Shown here: piece by piece, positions 55,466 to 64,000 of the stretch
Layout of the letters: the number at the start of each line of letters is the position of its first letter
Position numbering within the stretch: position 1 is the first letter of the stretch
IMG/VR virus record: IMGVR_UViG_3300034063_001922
Coordinates: 1-64,000 of that record
DNA from: a virus
Length of the DNA: 64,000 nt
Direction: 5' to 3' (one strand)
Position numbers and translations under genes: made by a program
Notes under the pieces: generated by a model
The model's input: the letters and a program-made list of their open reading frames with translations, nothing else
What the model was told of the DNA's origin: nothing
Database searches by the model: none

Positions 55466-56815
55466 TCAGCGAATGCTGTCCACCACCACTGCCCAGCCCT
55501 TTCCGGGGGCATAGCGGTAGGCGCCGCCGCCGATTGGCTCCACCATCCAGCGCTTGCCGAAGTTGAGGCGGGAGAAGCGCAACCCCATGCCGTTGGGCTT
55601 GAGGGTGGTGCCGTGGATCAGGTCGGGCTCTCCCCAGGGATCGTTCACCACCACCTGGGTGGGGGTGTGGCCGACAACGATCAGCCAGTGTCCAGACCCG
55701 GTGGGCCGTTCGACCGGCCCGCGGTGGATGTAGCCGCAGGGAACGGGGATGCCGCGGGCGATCTGCTGCTCGAGGAGCTGGAAGTCGCCGTCCTGCACCA
55801 GCCGGGCGATGACACCGAAATGAGCGAGGGCCTGGATCTGAGCGTTGGCGTTGGTGGTGTCACCAAAGCGCTGTACCACCGCCAGGTACTGGTCGTCGCC
55901 GTTGGGCCCCTTGAGCGTGCCGGGCTTGATGGCCTCCAGAAGCATGGCGCAGCTGGAGGAGAAGCAGACGCGATCGCGTTGGGCAAGCTGGGCCGAATCG
56001 CGCTGCTGAAACCTGGGCACACCCACCAGCGGGTTGGGGTGACGGAACACGCCTCCCCCCTCCGATGGATTGTTGCTCACCCGTTCGGGTGATTCTTTGC
56101 TCCCCCGATCGGGTGATGCGCTCCAGAGTGCTGCTTCCGCCTTGCGCCGACGCCGCAGCCCGGCCTCGCTAGGGCCGCCGGGGTTCACGTAGAGCATCAA
56201 GGCGGCCTGCACCGTCTCCAGCGCTCCCGAGCGCAGGGCCTGGCTCAGGGTGTCAAAACCCTTGGCGCCAAACCAGCGGGGCCCGCAGTTGTAGGTGAAC
56301 GACAGCAAGGCCGCCTGCTGGTTCACCGTGAGGGCCTTGTAGACCGGGATGCAGTCCCGTAGGCGCTGCCAGTCGTCCAGAAGCCGCTGGCGCAGCAGGC
56401 CATCAGCCTGCTCCTGATTAATCCGATCGCCCTCGCGGATGGGCCGCCCATCGCAATCACTGGTGCTGCCCCAGCCGATCGTCCAGGGCTCGCTGCCGCT
56501 CTCGGGATCGGGGTAGGCGCTGAGCCGGCAGCCCTCGAAATCCTTCACCAGGGGGAGGGCCACGGCAACGGCCGGCGGGAGGTCAGTGACCGTGGGCGGT
56601 TTTTCCGTCCACGCCTTGGGTGCTTGCAGCTCTGGTGCCTTGGTTTCGACCGCGGCCTTCCAGACATCCCGCAGTTCATTGCCCTCGGCCAGGGCTGCGG
56701 GATCGAGGTCTACCAGCCGATCGAGCACGGCCTGCAGCCAGGCGCGGTGATGGGTCTTGGACGGGTCGAAATGGGTGACGTAGTGGCTGGTGGGAACCGG
56801 CCGGGTGGTGCTCAT
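55466..56815 (-). CDS. Endolysin: GH24 lysozyme + C39-like peptidase
   Basis: FEGCRLSAYPD....PWTIGWGST, GLRRRRKAE; QQRD..RVCFSSSCAM, SGHWLIVVG, VNDPWG. Confidence 0.9.
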   Translation of the reverse strand: MSTTRPVPTSHYVTHFDPSKTHHRAWLQAVLDRLVDLDPAALAEGNELRDVWKAAVETKAPELQAPKAWTEKPPTVTDLPPAVAVALPLVKDFEGCRLSAYPDPESGSEPWTIGWGSTSDCDGRPIREGDRINQEQADGLLRQRLLDDWQRLRDCIPVYKALTVNQQAALLSFTYNCGPRWFGAKGFDTLSQALRSGALETVQAALMLYVNPGGPSEAGLRRRRKAEAALWSASPDRGSKESPERVSNNPSEGGGVFRHPNPLVGVPRFQQRDSAQLAQRDRVCFSSSCAMLLEAIKPGTLKGPNGDDQYLAVVQRFGDTTNANAQIQALAHFGVIARLVQDGDFQLLEQQIARGIPVPCGYIHRGPVERPTGSGHWLIVVGHTPTQVVVNDPWGEPDLIHGTTLKPNGMGLRFSRLNFGKRWMVEPIGGGAYRYAPGKGWAVVVDSIR

Positions 56816-56902
56816 GGCTGCGGCGCAGCCGGCACGGGGACGGGAGGCGAGCCGGCGCTGCTCAGCTCTTGCCAGCGCCACAAAGCCCAGGCAGACACCA
56901 AC

Positions 56903-57235
56903 TCAGGCGGCCAGATCCTCCTCGTCGACGGTGCTGGTGCTGCAGAACTGGCCCAGCCGGTTGCGCGGTGGCAAGACCCGCAGGGGAGCGCCGCTATCCG
57001 GGCCTGGCCCGGAAGGCCCCCGAGGCCCTGGTCGGCCGGAGTCCATGAAGTAAGTGGCCGCTGACTGACCGGCCAGGGCGATGGCGGGCAGGGCCAGCGA
57101 CCAGCGGCTTTCGCATAGGGCGATGTCAGTGGCGCGGGCCTCACAGACGCCCACAAAGGCCATCAGCGAAAAGATCTCAGCGCCTACCAGGGCCAGGATC
57201 GGTGCGGTGTTGCTGCTCAGTTGTGGTGGGGCCAT
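56903..57235 (-). CDS. Putative holin-like membrane protein
   Basis: Two hydrophobic segments; directly upstream of the endolysin. Confidence 0.45.
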   Translation of the reverse strand: MAPPQLSSNTAPILALVGAEIFSLMAFVGVCEARATDIALCESRWSLALPAIALAGQSAATYFMDSGRPGPRGPSGPGPDSGAPLRVLPPRNRLGQFCSTSTVDEEDLAA

Positions 57236-57282
57236 TGGGTTCGGCGGGGCGGCCGCAGGCGACACGGCCAGCTCTCCACAGG

Positions 57283-57291
57283 CCATTGCCA
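57283..57291 (-). promoter_or_regulatory. TGGCAATGG motif upstream of lysis genes
   Basis: Intergenic, 47 nt before ATG 57235. Confidence 0.55.
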
Positions 57292-57320
57292 AGCCGGCCC
57301 ACCGCCGGGCTTGAGGGAGC

Positions 57321-57503
57321 TCAGCCCGCTCCCACCAGCTGCTGGCGCAGTGCGGACAGGGCCTTCTTCTGGGCCCGCTGCACGGCCATCGGGCTGATCT
57401 GCAGCTGCGGCGCGGCGGCCCGTAGGGACAGCCCCTCGAGGATGGTGAGCCGCAGCGCCGTGGCCTGCACGGCGGGTAGTCGCTCGAACAGCTGCTCCTT
57501 GGC
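57321..57503 (-). other. Isolated sigma-70 region 4 coding segment (remnant or stand-alone subunit)
   Basis: LFERLPAVQATALRLTILEGLSLRAAAPQLQISPMAVQRAQKKALSALRQQL; upstream part of ORF 57321-57776 is not sigma-like. Confidence 0.7.
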
Positions 57504-57776
57504 ACACTCGATTGAGGGAGGACACCAGCAAAGGTTCGAATGCGGAAGTCGCCAGCTGATCCAGCAGGGAGTTGTCACCAGTTGCGGAAGCGTCGTAGTG
57601 ACAAGTTCGACACCGCAGGAACCCGACTCGTGCACACTGTGCAAGTTGCACACGGCGGAGGCAATTGCAGCAGCCGATAAATAATTCCACCAAGACTGCA
57701 AAGCAAGATAGTCCATGTTGCAATGGTTAAGTTGACTTGCAAGCCGAAAAGGGGGGCAGCCTATGCCAGTTCCCAC

Positions 57777-58862
57777 TCAACCCTGCTTGATGAGCACAAC
57801 TGGATGAGCGCGAGGATAGGGAAAACCTGGGAAGCACGAAAAACTGACACGGTCACCCTCGGACGGCATTGGACCATACACACTTTGTCGGTGGAAAAAG
57901 ACAACGCCTCCACCGTCCTGACTGATAAAGCCAGTGTTCCCAGGGGGTCTAATGGCTGAGCAGGTCCCTTCAAGTCTTTCGTCAACCGAATAACAGAGAG
58001 CTTCACAACGAACCGCTAATTGCTTCGCTGACGGCCTGGCAGCTGGGTCTTTACTAAGGCAGGCGACGAGAAGCTGGTGGACTTCATCTGCTAATGTCTT
58101 AAACTGAGTTTTGCCAGTAAACAAATCCGAAGGTACCTGTAGCTCAGCTTGAAGGATTCTTGGCACGGCTGTCAATCCAACTCCAAACGGAGGTTCGCCC
58201 ACCAAGAGCTCATAGGTCATTGCGCCAACAGCCCATACATCGGAAGGCTTGTCGGCATTGCGTGGATCGGTAATCATTTCGGGAGCCATATAAGGAAGCG
58301 CTCCTACAACAGTCTTTGATGCAGAGATTGACGCCTCACCACCCTCCACAGCTTCCGCGATTTCATCACCAGCCATTTTGGCGATGCCAAAATCTGTAAT
58401 TTTAATTTCTCTTATACCTGCCCCACCCGTGAACATTACATTGCTTGGCTTCAAATCACGGTGAATAACTCCAGCTCTATGCGATGCATCGAGCCCTTTG
58501 GCTGTGTGGTGCATGGCTTTCGCTACAAGTGCTGGGTCAACAGCCGTCAGGCGATCCAGCAAGCCTTGTTTTATATCTGTGCCAGCGATAAACTCCTCCA
58601 CAAGATACTGAGAATCATTGACCTCAATGTAATCAAGTGTTTTGGCTACATTGGGGTGGTTGACTTTTGCGCTAACAACAGCACTTCTCTGAAAACGCTT
58701 CTGAGCAGACCTGTTTTTCGGAACTTTAAGTGCTACCTCCTTCTGCAAATGCAAATCGAGTGCAAGATAGACCTCCTGCATGCCTCCTTCGCCTGCAAAT
58801 GACTGAACCATATAGCGCGAGTTGATCTCGTCACCCTGAGCATGTATTTGGTGCCCACTCAT
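57777..58862 (-). CDS. Ser/Thr kinase with C-terminal cold-shock domain (KKP kinase)
   Basis: GEGGMQEV, VALK, HRDLKPSN, DFG, YMAPE; GFISQDGGGVVFFH...GDRVSF. Confidence 0.9.
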   Translation of the reverse strand: MSGHQIHAQGDEINSRYMVQSFAGEGGMQEVYLALDLHLQKEVALKVPKNRSAQKRFQRSAVVSAKVNHPNVAKTLDYIEVNDSQYLVEEFIAGTDIKQGLLDRLTAVDPALVAKAMHHTAKGLDASHRAGVIHRDLKPSNVMFTGGAGIREIKITDFGIAKMAGDEIAEAVEGGEASISASKTVVGALPYMAPEMITDPRNADKPSDVWAVGAMTYELLVGEPPFGVGLTAVPRILQAELQVPSDLFTGKTQFKTLADEVHQLLVACLSKDPAARPSAKQLAVRCEALCYSVDERLEGTCSAIRPPGNTGFISQDGGGVVFFHRQSVYGPMPSEGDRVSFSCFPGFPYPRAHPVVLIKQG

Positions 58863-59926
58863 AAGACCACCTCTGGGTTTGAGATGTCGAATGTTGCAAA
58901 GACACGTCTCTGCCCTACATCTCCAAGGGTAATGACACAGCTTTTCGGCAAGACATCACCCACCCGAGTTCGGCAGTTGTTGATCGACACTACACCCTCA
59001 AAGGCTGCAACTCGAAAAGCCAAACCGGTGTATCTGATTGTAATGGAAAGCGTACTATCTATCTGCAAAAGGGCCCCAGGCTTCTCAGAGCTCATAACAA
59101 AGATATTGCTTCCACTAACAAGCAACCCCTTGTGCTTATTCCTAAGCAACTCCGTCTGTAGCACCTGAGAAATCTCTGAGATCCTAGGGCGATCAGTTGG
59201 GCTCAGTCGTGTCGTATGATCTAGCAGGTTTACCAAAGCATCAGGAATATCAAGAGTCAGCGAAGCGAAGCTCGGAATACTATCAAGTAGTGGAGGAAAC
59301 AGCGCAAGTTCGCGGGGTATACCTTGCCCAGAAAGATGCCAGGCAAGAACCCCGAAGGCATAGACGTCGATAGCGCTTGTAAATCCCAGAGGCTGATTTT
59401 TAACCAGCTCAGGCGCTGCATAGACGAGGGTGCCTGAGAATCCAACTGTTCTATCATTGAATCCGGCAAATCGTGCTAGTCCAAAATCAATGATTTTAAC
59501 GAGTCCAGAGTCGGTGCGTTTGATGTTATCTGGCTTGATGTCTCGATGGATTATTCCTTGCTCGTGAAGGTCGGACAAGCCTGATGCTACTTGGTAGAGA
59601 ATAAGGAGGTATTCATTGACAGGCAAGGGTGATCCAGCTGGAGGAAAGTCCTGGAGATCTGGCCCTGCCACATACTCTTCAACAATGCCAATCTGCTGGT
59701 TTTCCGAGTCTACGAAGTAGTCATAGATTTGGACAACATGCTTAGATCTTAGTTTCTGCAGAGCTTTAATTTCATCTACGACCCGATGTACCTGACACGG
59801 ATCGCCGATAGACTTGACAACAACTGTGCGCTCGAGCAGGGTATCCCTGCAAACATAGATATCACTCAAGCCTCCGTGCAAGACTTCGCCCGTTGGCTGG
59901 TAGCGATCAGGTATGGATAGCATCAT
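58859..59926 (-). CDS. Ser/Thr kinase with C-terminal FHA-like domain (KKP kinase)
   Basis: VVVK, HRDIKPDN, DFG, YAAPE; VSINN...LPKSCVITLG. Confidence 0.88.
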   Translation of the reverse strand: MMLSIPDRYQPTGEVLHGGLSDIYVCRDTLLERTVVVKSIGDPCQVHRVVDEIKALQKLRSKHVVQIYDYFVDSENQQIGIVEEYVAGPDLQDFPPAGSPLPVNEYLLILYQVASGLSDLHEQGIIHRDIKPDNIKRTDSGLVKIIDFGLARFAGFNDRTVGFSGTLVYAAPELVKNQPLGFTSAIDVYAFGVLAWHLSGQGIPRELALFPPLLDSIPSFASLTLDIPDALVNLLDHTTRLSPTDRPRISEISQVLQTELLRNKHKGLLVSGSNIFVMSSEKPGALLQIDSTLSITIRYTGLAFRVAAFEGVVSINNCRTRVGDVLPKSCVITLGDVGQRRVFATFDISNPEVVL

Positions 59927-59934
59927 GGTTAGAA

Positions 59935-61125
59935 CTACGATTCCGAAAGCTCTATTCGTAGTTGTGGCTCATGAAGATCCTTGATTACCGCATCTGCAAA
60001 TCTATTTTCTTTGCCGGCATCCCGGTATACCTCATGGGTGGCCTGTAAGCTATCACTCCCTTCATTTGATTGGGCTGTTTCCAAGATCGCTCCAGCCTTT
60101 CTGGCTGCTGGAGGCTTCCGACGTCGTTGTCGATTAGGCTCTGGCTCCTTACCTCGAAACATTGAAGAGCTAGCCTCTTGTCTTGATGTAATTTCGAACT
60201 TTCCTGAAAGACCCCATACCTCTAAAAAGCCTCTTTCGACTGGGCTAAGCCCTAAAAAGACTCCAGTAGTGATGTCCCAAGCTGCAACAGTTGCATTATC
60301 TCTGCCGCCCTTCCATTCAGATAAGACAGTCAACCTGCGTGCGATTTCCCTGGACGAACCTGCACTTACAACAATTTCCTTGAATAGTTGCTGGTCGATT
60401 TCGTGGGCACCATCAGAGGTCAGGAATAGGCAGTGATACAGATCAGTGTCAGAGACTGGGATACCATGAACCTGGATCCCTTTGCCCATCCCTACATACT
60501 GAAGTAATTCCCTGAACTGAGCCGGTGGAGTTGGAACTTCCATGCCAGATAGAATATTTCCAAGGCTATCATCTGTAGAGATCTGCTTAATATCTCCACT
60601 CTTTAAAAATCCATAAACCCTGCTATCGCCAACATTTACACATGCCCAGTCGCCGTTGCTGGTGGATCCAATTGCGGATAAGGTCGCGCCTCCTCTGCCA
60701 GAGAAATGGCTAAAGACTTCTTCGTTAGCGGCTTCGGTTGCGTTGCGAAGTTGATCAACCAGAGAATCTGACTTTGCTGCAGAGAATGCGGCAACAAAGG
60801 AGCTAATTGCTAACTCTGCTGCTGTAGCACCTTCCCTCATTCCACCCATGCCATCACAAAGGACTAGGGCCGTTGTCATGGGCCATCCATCCCGCTGAGG
60901 TATCAGCCGAAGGAAAGCGGCTCTATCCTGATTCTCATCCCTCTTGCCGATTGTGCTGGAGAAAGTAACTGATCCTTCTTCTACAGATGAAAAGCCTGTA
61001 TTCCTTCCACGATGAATCCAGCGAAGGACAGCCTTCCGAACATCTTCTTGGAAGGACCCAGCAGGAGCCACCTCGGGTGTGCCAACGTACCCAGCGATCC
61101 TAGCTGTCCTTGGCCTGGCCTGCAC
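59935..61125 (-). CDS. PP2C-family Ser/Thr phosphatase (KKP phosphatase)
   Basis: RDENQD, CDGMGG, NVGDSR, TSDG, GRDNAT. Confidence 0.92.
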   Translation of the reverse strand: MQARPRTARIAGYVGTPEVAPAGSFQEDVRKAVLRWIHRGRNTGFSSVEEGSVTFSSTIGKRDENQDRAAFLRLIPQRDGWPMTTALVLCDGMGGMREGATAAELAISSFVAAFSAAKSDSLVDQLRNATEAANEEVFSHFSGRGGATLSAIGSTSNGDWACVNVGDSRVYGFLKSGDIKQISTDDSLGNILSGMEVPTPPAQFRELLQYVGMGKGIQVHGIPVSDTDLYHCLFLTSDGAHEIDQQLFKEIVVSAGSSREIARRLTVLSEWKGGRDNATVAAWDITTGVFLGLSPVERGFLEVWGLSGKFEITSRQEASSSMFRGKEPEPNRQRRRKPPAARKAGAILETAQSNEGSDSLQATHEVYRDAGKENRFADAVIKDLHEPQLRIELSES

Positions 61126-61215
61126 TTATGTTATCTCTCTGGATGCATAGAGGATCCTTCCCACTGCCGCCAGTTCTTCGGAGTTAGTCAAATTTACATC
61201 TGAGGCACAGGTGAT

Positions 61216-62070
61216 TTACAGAATCTCAAAGCGAAAGCTACTTGCCTCGCGAAGCCGAAGATCATGCAGCCACAAACCGTGACCACCATTAAAGGAAATC
61301 ATCGGCTCAAGCTCATCAGACACAGAAGGGGGAGTGATTTCACCCAAAGCGCTGGGAAGCAGTCCGGTTCTGACCAGTCGCTCTGACATGATCGAAGAAG
61401 ATATTTTAGAGATGTCTAAAGAGATTCTCCACTCATCTTCTTGCTGAAGATTTCCATGGTCGGGACCTCCCGGCAGTCTCATCGCTCGTCCTAAGCGAAA
61501 TGGAAGGGCCTCGCTAGACGCAGAGAGATCGGCATAGTCAATTTTTCCATATGCGTACCTGACAGCCTGAGGATTCCAGTCATCGCGAAGGCTGCCATCA
61601 GGGTGCTTCATCTCATGCTCACCGGGCTGCTGTTGGTTCCATCGATTAAAGCATTCTTGAAGACAGCTGACCAAATCGGCTTCAGAAATCTGGAGAAGGA
61701 CTCGATCGTGCAATGGCTGAGCAAACTCAAGAGCTGCTGCTCTCGAATGTGACCAACTGCAAATATAAGCCAGTCCGCTGTACAGCCTTTCGGCGCTCTC
61801 AAAGAACTTCTTGCACCTCTGGTCTTCGTGAATTGGGCATTCTCCTCCAATCCCTAATTGCTAAAGTTCGTTCCTCTGCTCATCTCTTGTCTTGAGCATC
61901 TCGCTTTCCTGGGTGTCGTCGTCGTGAATAAATGCTCTTTAAAAGTGTATCCTATTAAGCTCGAGATCGCGCTCTGCTAGGGATTTGGTCGCCCCACGAT
62001 ATAGAAAAGCCTCCGATGATGCCTGGCTGCACTGCTTGCGACTGAGACACTCCTTGAATCGATACAGCAT
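61216..62070 (-). pseudogene. Stop-interrupted gene, DUF2971/ADP-ribosyltransferase-like
   Basis: One frame from ATG 62070 to 61216 with stops at 61939-61941 (TAA) and 61861-61863 (TAG); motifs FLYRG, YICSWS, QEDEWR. Confidence 0.6.
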
Positions 62071-62090
62071 GATGCTCGGTGAAATAGTGT

Positions 62091-64000
62091 TTATAGGCCT
62101 TTGAGTGCATCCTCATAAGTCGCTCGATCGGGAGGGCATTCGATGGAAAAAGCTTGGCACTCCCTCATGGGAAACAACGGACTCCCCGGCACCCAAAGCT
62201 CACAGCTATCACTGTTGTCCTCGTAGTAGGAAGCGTTGCAGGTGACGCGCATTTCCTTGTCGAGACCTGGTTGGGTCCAGGCGAAGTCGTAGGCGCCAAT
62301 CGCGCGGGCGCTGCAACCGGGTGGCAGCAAGGCCGGCTGCCTGAGAATGGCTTCCAGATCAGACAGGGTGAGCGGCGGGGGCTGCAGGGTGTTCACCACA
62401 TCACGGATGGCATCGAGATCCTGGAGGACGTCATCAAGGTCCAGGCCCTTGATCTCGGGCTCCTGCTGCACAGCAGCCACCGCAGATGCCCGCGCCTTTT
62501 CCCGCTGATCACGGCTGACGAGGGTGGCCTGGGAGATGGAGCTGGATGCCTTGGCAAGGATCGGCTGCAGCTTGCCCACCACCTGCTCGAACATCGCGAT
62601 CCGGCCCTTCAACGCCCGGTACACATCAGCCTCCACGGTGCCATCGAGGTGCAGGTTGATGATCTGCATCTGCTCGTGGGTCTGGCCGATGCGGTCGATT
62701 CGGCCGATGCGCTGCTCTACTCGCATCGGGTTCCAGGGCATGTCGTAGTTGATCAGGGCTCCGCAGAACTGGAAGTTCAGGCCTTCAGCCGCGGCATCGG
62801 TGCAGAGCAGGATCTCGGCCTTGCCTTCCTTGAATCCGCGTTTGGTGGCCTCGCGGTTCAGCGCCTTCCACACCCCGCCCTTCTGGAGGATCTCGCCACC
62901 GCGACCGGTGAAGGCCATCAGGCTGGTGCGCCCTGCGCCGATCAGCAGCGCCTTGAGGGCATCAACCGTGTCGGTGTACTGGGAGAAGACGATCACCTGC
63001 TTGTAGCCCTGGGCCTGCAACTGCTCGATGGCCTTGAGGAACTCGGATCCCTTGCTGTCGTGGCCGACCAGGGGCCTGGCCTGATCGAGGAGCACCCCGA
63101 TGGCATCGAGCTCGATCTGCAGCGAGGCCTCCTGGAAGGCGCTCTGCATGCCCTCCAGATCAAGGGTGAGTTCACCCGTGATGTCGTCGTCTTCGCTGGC
63201 GGCGGCGTCTTCCTCCAGCTGTTGCTGCTGGCCGGCCATCCGTTTCTCCAGGGTGGAGACCAGTGCAGCCACACTGCTGGCCAGCCGGCGGCGGTAGATC
63301 GTCATCACGAAGCCCACAGCCGACTTCTTCTGGCCGGTTGCCTGGGAGTACTGGGTGGAGATGAAGTCCTCCACGGCGTCGTAGAGCGCCCGCTCCTGCG
63401 GGGTGCTCTCCAGGAAGCGGTCGTCCACATGGCGGGTGCCGATGGCTAGATCCATTGATCCCTGCTGCTTGTAGGCCCGCAGCAGGTTGCGGCTGTGGCG
63501 CGAGATCAAACCCTGCACCGGGGTCCAGCGTTTGGCCAGGGCCAGCGAGGCCTGGCGGATCTCGATGCTGAGATTGCGGCGGGAGAGGGGATCGGTGTCG
63601 TTCAGGGCCCGTAGGGCCTTGCGTTTGCGCAGCGGCGATTTCCGCAGATCTTCCGGCATGGCGTTGCCCGGGGCCTCGCCAAACGCGGTCACGCTGCTGC
63701 GCCACAACCCTGCTAGGTACGAAAGGGTGGCCTCATCCGGGTTCTCCTTCTCCACCCACTCGAAGAAGCGCTCGAAGGCGTCTTCGGTCCACTCGGGTGG
63801 CATGCCCAGCAGGGCGAGCAGGTCCCACACCTCCAGCTCGCTCACCTGCATCGGTGTGGCGGTGAGCAGCAGCAGTCCGTTGGTGCGCTGGCGCAGCTGC
63901 TGCATGAGCTGCATCAGGGTGTTGGGGCGGAGGCGCTCACCGCCGCTGCTGCTGTTCTCCCGACGGGTGCGGGCATGGTGGGCTTCATCGAGCACCACCA
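62091..64000 (-). CDS. SNF2-family helicase, 3' part (RM/DISARM-associated type)
   Basis: DEAHH, LTATPMQ, VFSQYTDT, TDAAAEGLNFQ, PWNPMRVEQRIGRIDRIGQ. Confidence 0.92.
   Translation of the reverse strand, partial: VVLDEAHHARTRRENSSSGGERLRPNTLMQLMQQLRQRTNGLLLLTATPMQVSELEVWDLLALLGMPPEWTEDAFERFFEWVEKENPDEATLSYLAGLWRSSVTAFGEAPGNAMPEDLRKSPLRKRKALRALNDTDPLSRRNLSIEIRQASLALAKRWTPVQGLISRHSRNLLRAYKQQGSMDLAIGTRHVDDRFLESTPQERALYDAVEDFISTQYSQATGQKKSAVGFVMTIYRRRLASSVAALVSTLEKRMAGQQQQLEEDAAASEDDDITGELTLDLEGMQSAFQEASLQIELDAIGVLLDQARPLVGHDSKGSEFLKAIEQLQAQGYKQVIVFSQYTDTVDALKALLIGAGRTSLMAFTGRGGEILQKGGVWKALNREATKRGFKEGKAEILLCTDAAAEGLNFQFCGALINYDMPWNPMRVEQRIGRIDRIGQTHEQMQIINLHLDGTVEADVYRALKGRIAMFEQVVGKLQPILAKASSSISQATLVSRDQREKARASAVAAVQQEPEIKGLDLDDVLQDLDAIRDVVNTLQPPPLTLSDLEAILRQPALLPPGCSARAIGAYDFAWTQPGLDKEMRVTCNASYYEDNSDSCELWVPGSPLFPMRECQAFSIECPPDRATYEDALKGL

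Larger units (their letters stand above)
18223..64000. mobile_element. Prophage element B with cargo; right end not seen
   Basis: att + integrase, then replication, packaging, capsid, fibre and lysis modules to ~57500; orientation of the tRNA fragment places the intact tRNA to the right of the window. Confidence 0.8.

Overview
High-GC DNA from a probable picocyanobacterium (Cyanobium/Synechococcus-like, inferred from SigF-like sigma factors, cyanophage-type genes and recurrent GCGATCGC sites). Almost the whole window is two related prophage-like elements in mirror-image orientation, meeting at a 3' fragment of tRNA-Pro(TGG) at 18223-18266 (an att site). Element A (~546-18222) has Xis, a repressor, a prim-pol/helicase, TerS/TerL, a sigma factor lacking region 4, portal, adaptor and a LysM protein, but no integrase, capsid or lysin in the window. 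Element B (18223 to at least 57500, probably past 64000) has a tyrosine integrase, Xis, antirepressor, SSB, helicase, P4-type primase, TerS/TerL, the same truncated sigma, portal, scaffold, major capsid protein, fibre genes and a lysozyme-C39 lysin, with no recognisable tail tube or tape measure. It is followed by a kinase-kinase-phosphatase (KKP) module, a stop-interrupted ADP-ribosyltransferase-like gene and a SNF2 helicase. The strongest finding is in element A: the cargo slot between sigma and portal holds a three-cassette integron array (three attC sites, no intI in the window) encoding two HEPN-motif proteins and an HNH nuclease, and it ends at the sigma stop codon. Other notable features are a sigma2-sigma3-only factor with a candidate TGGCAATRG late-promoter motif, nested triple-LysM domains, and swapped replicase/SSB modules. 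All calls come from reading motifs by eye; no searches were run.
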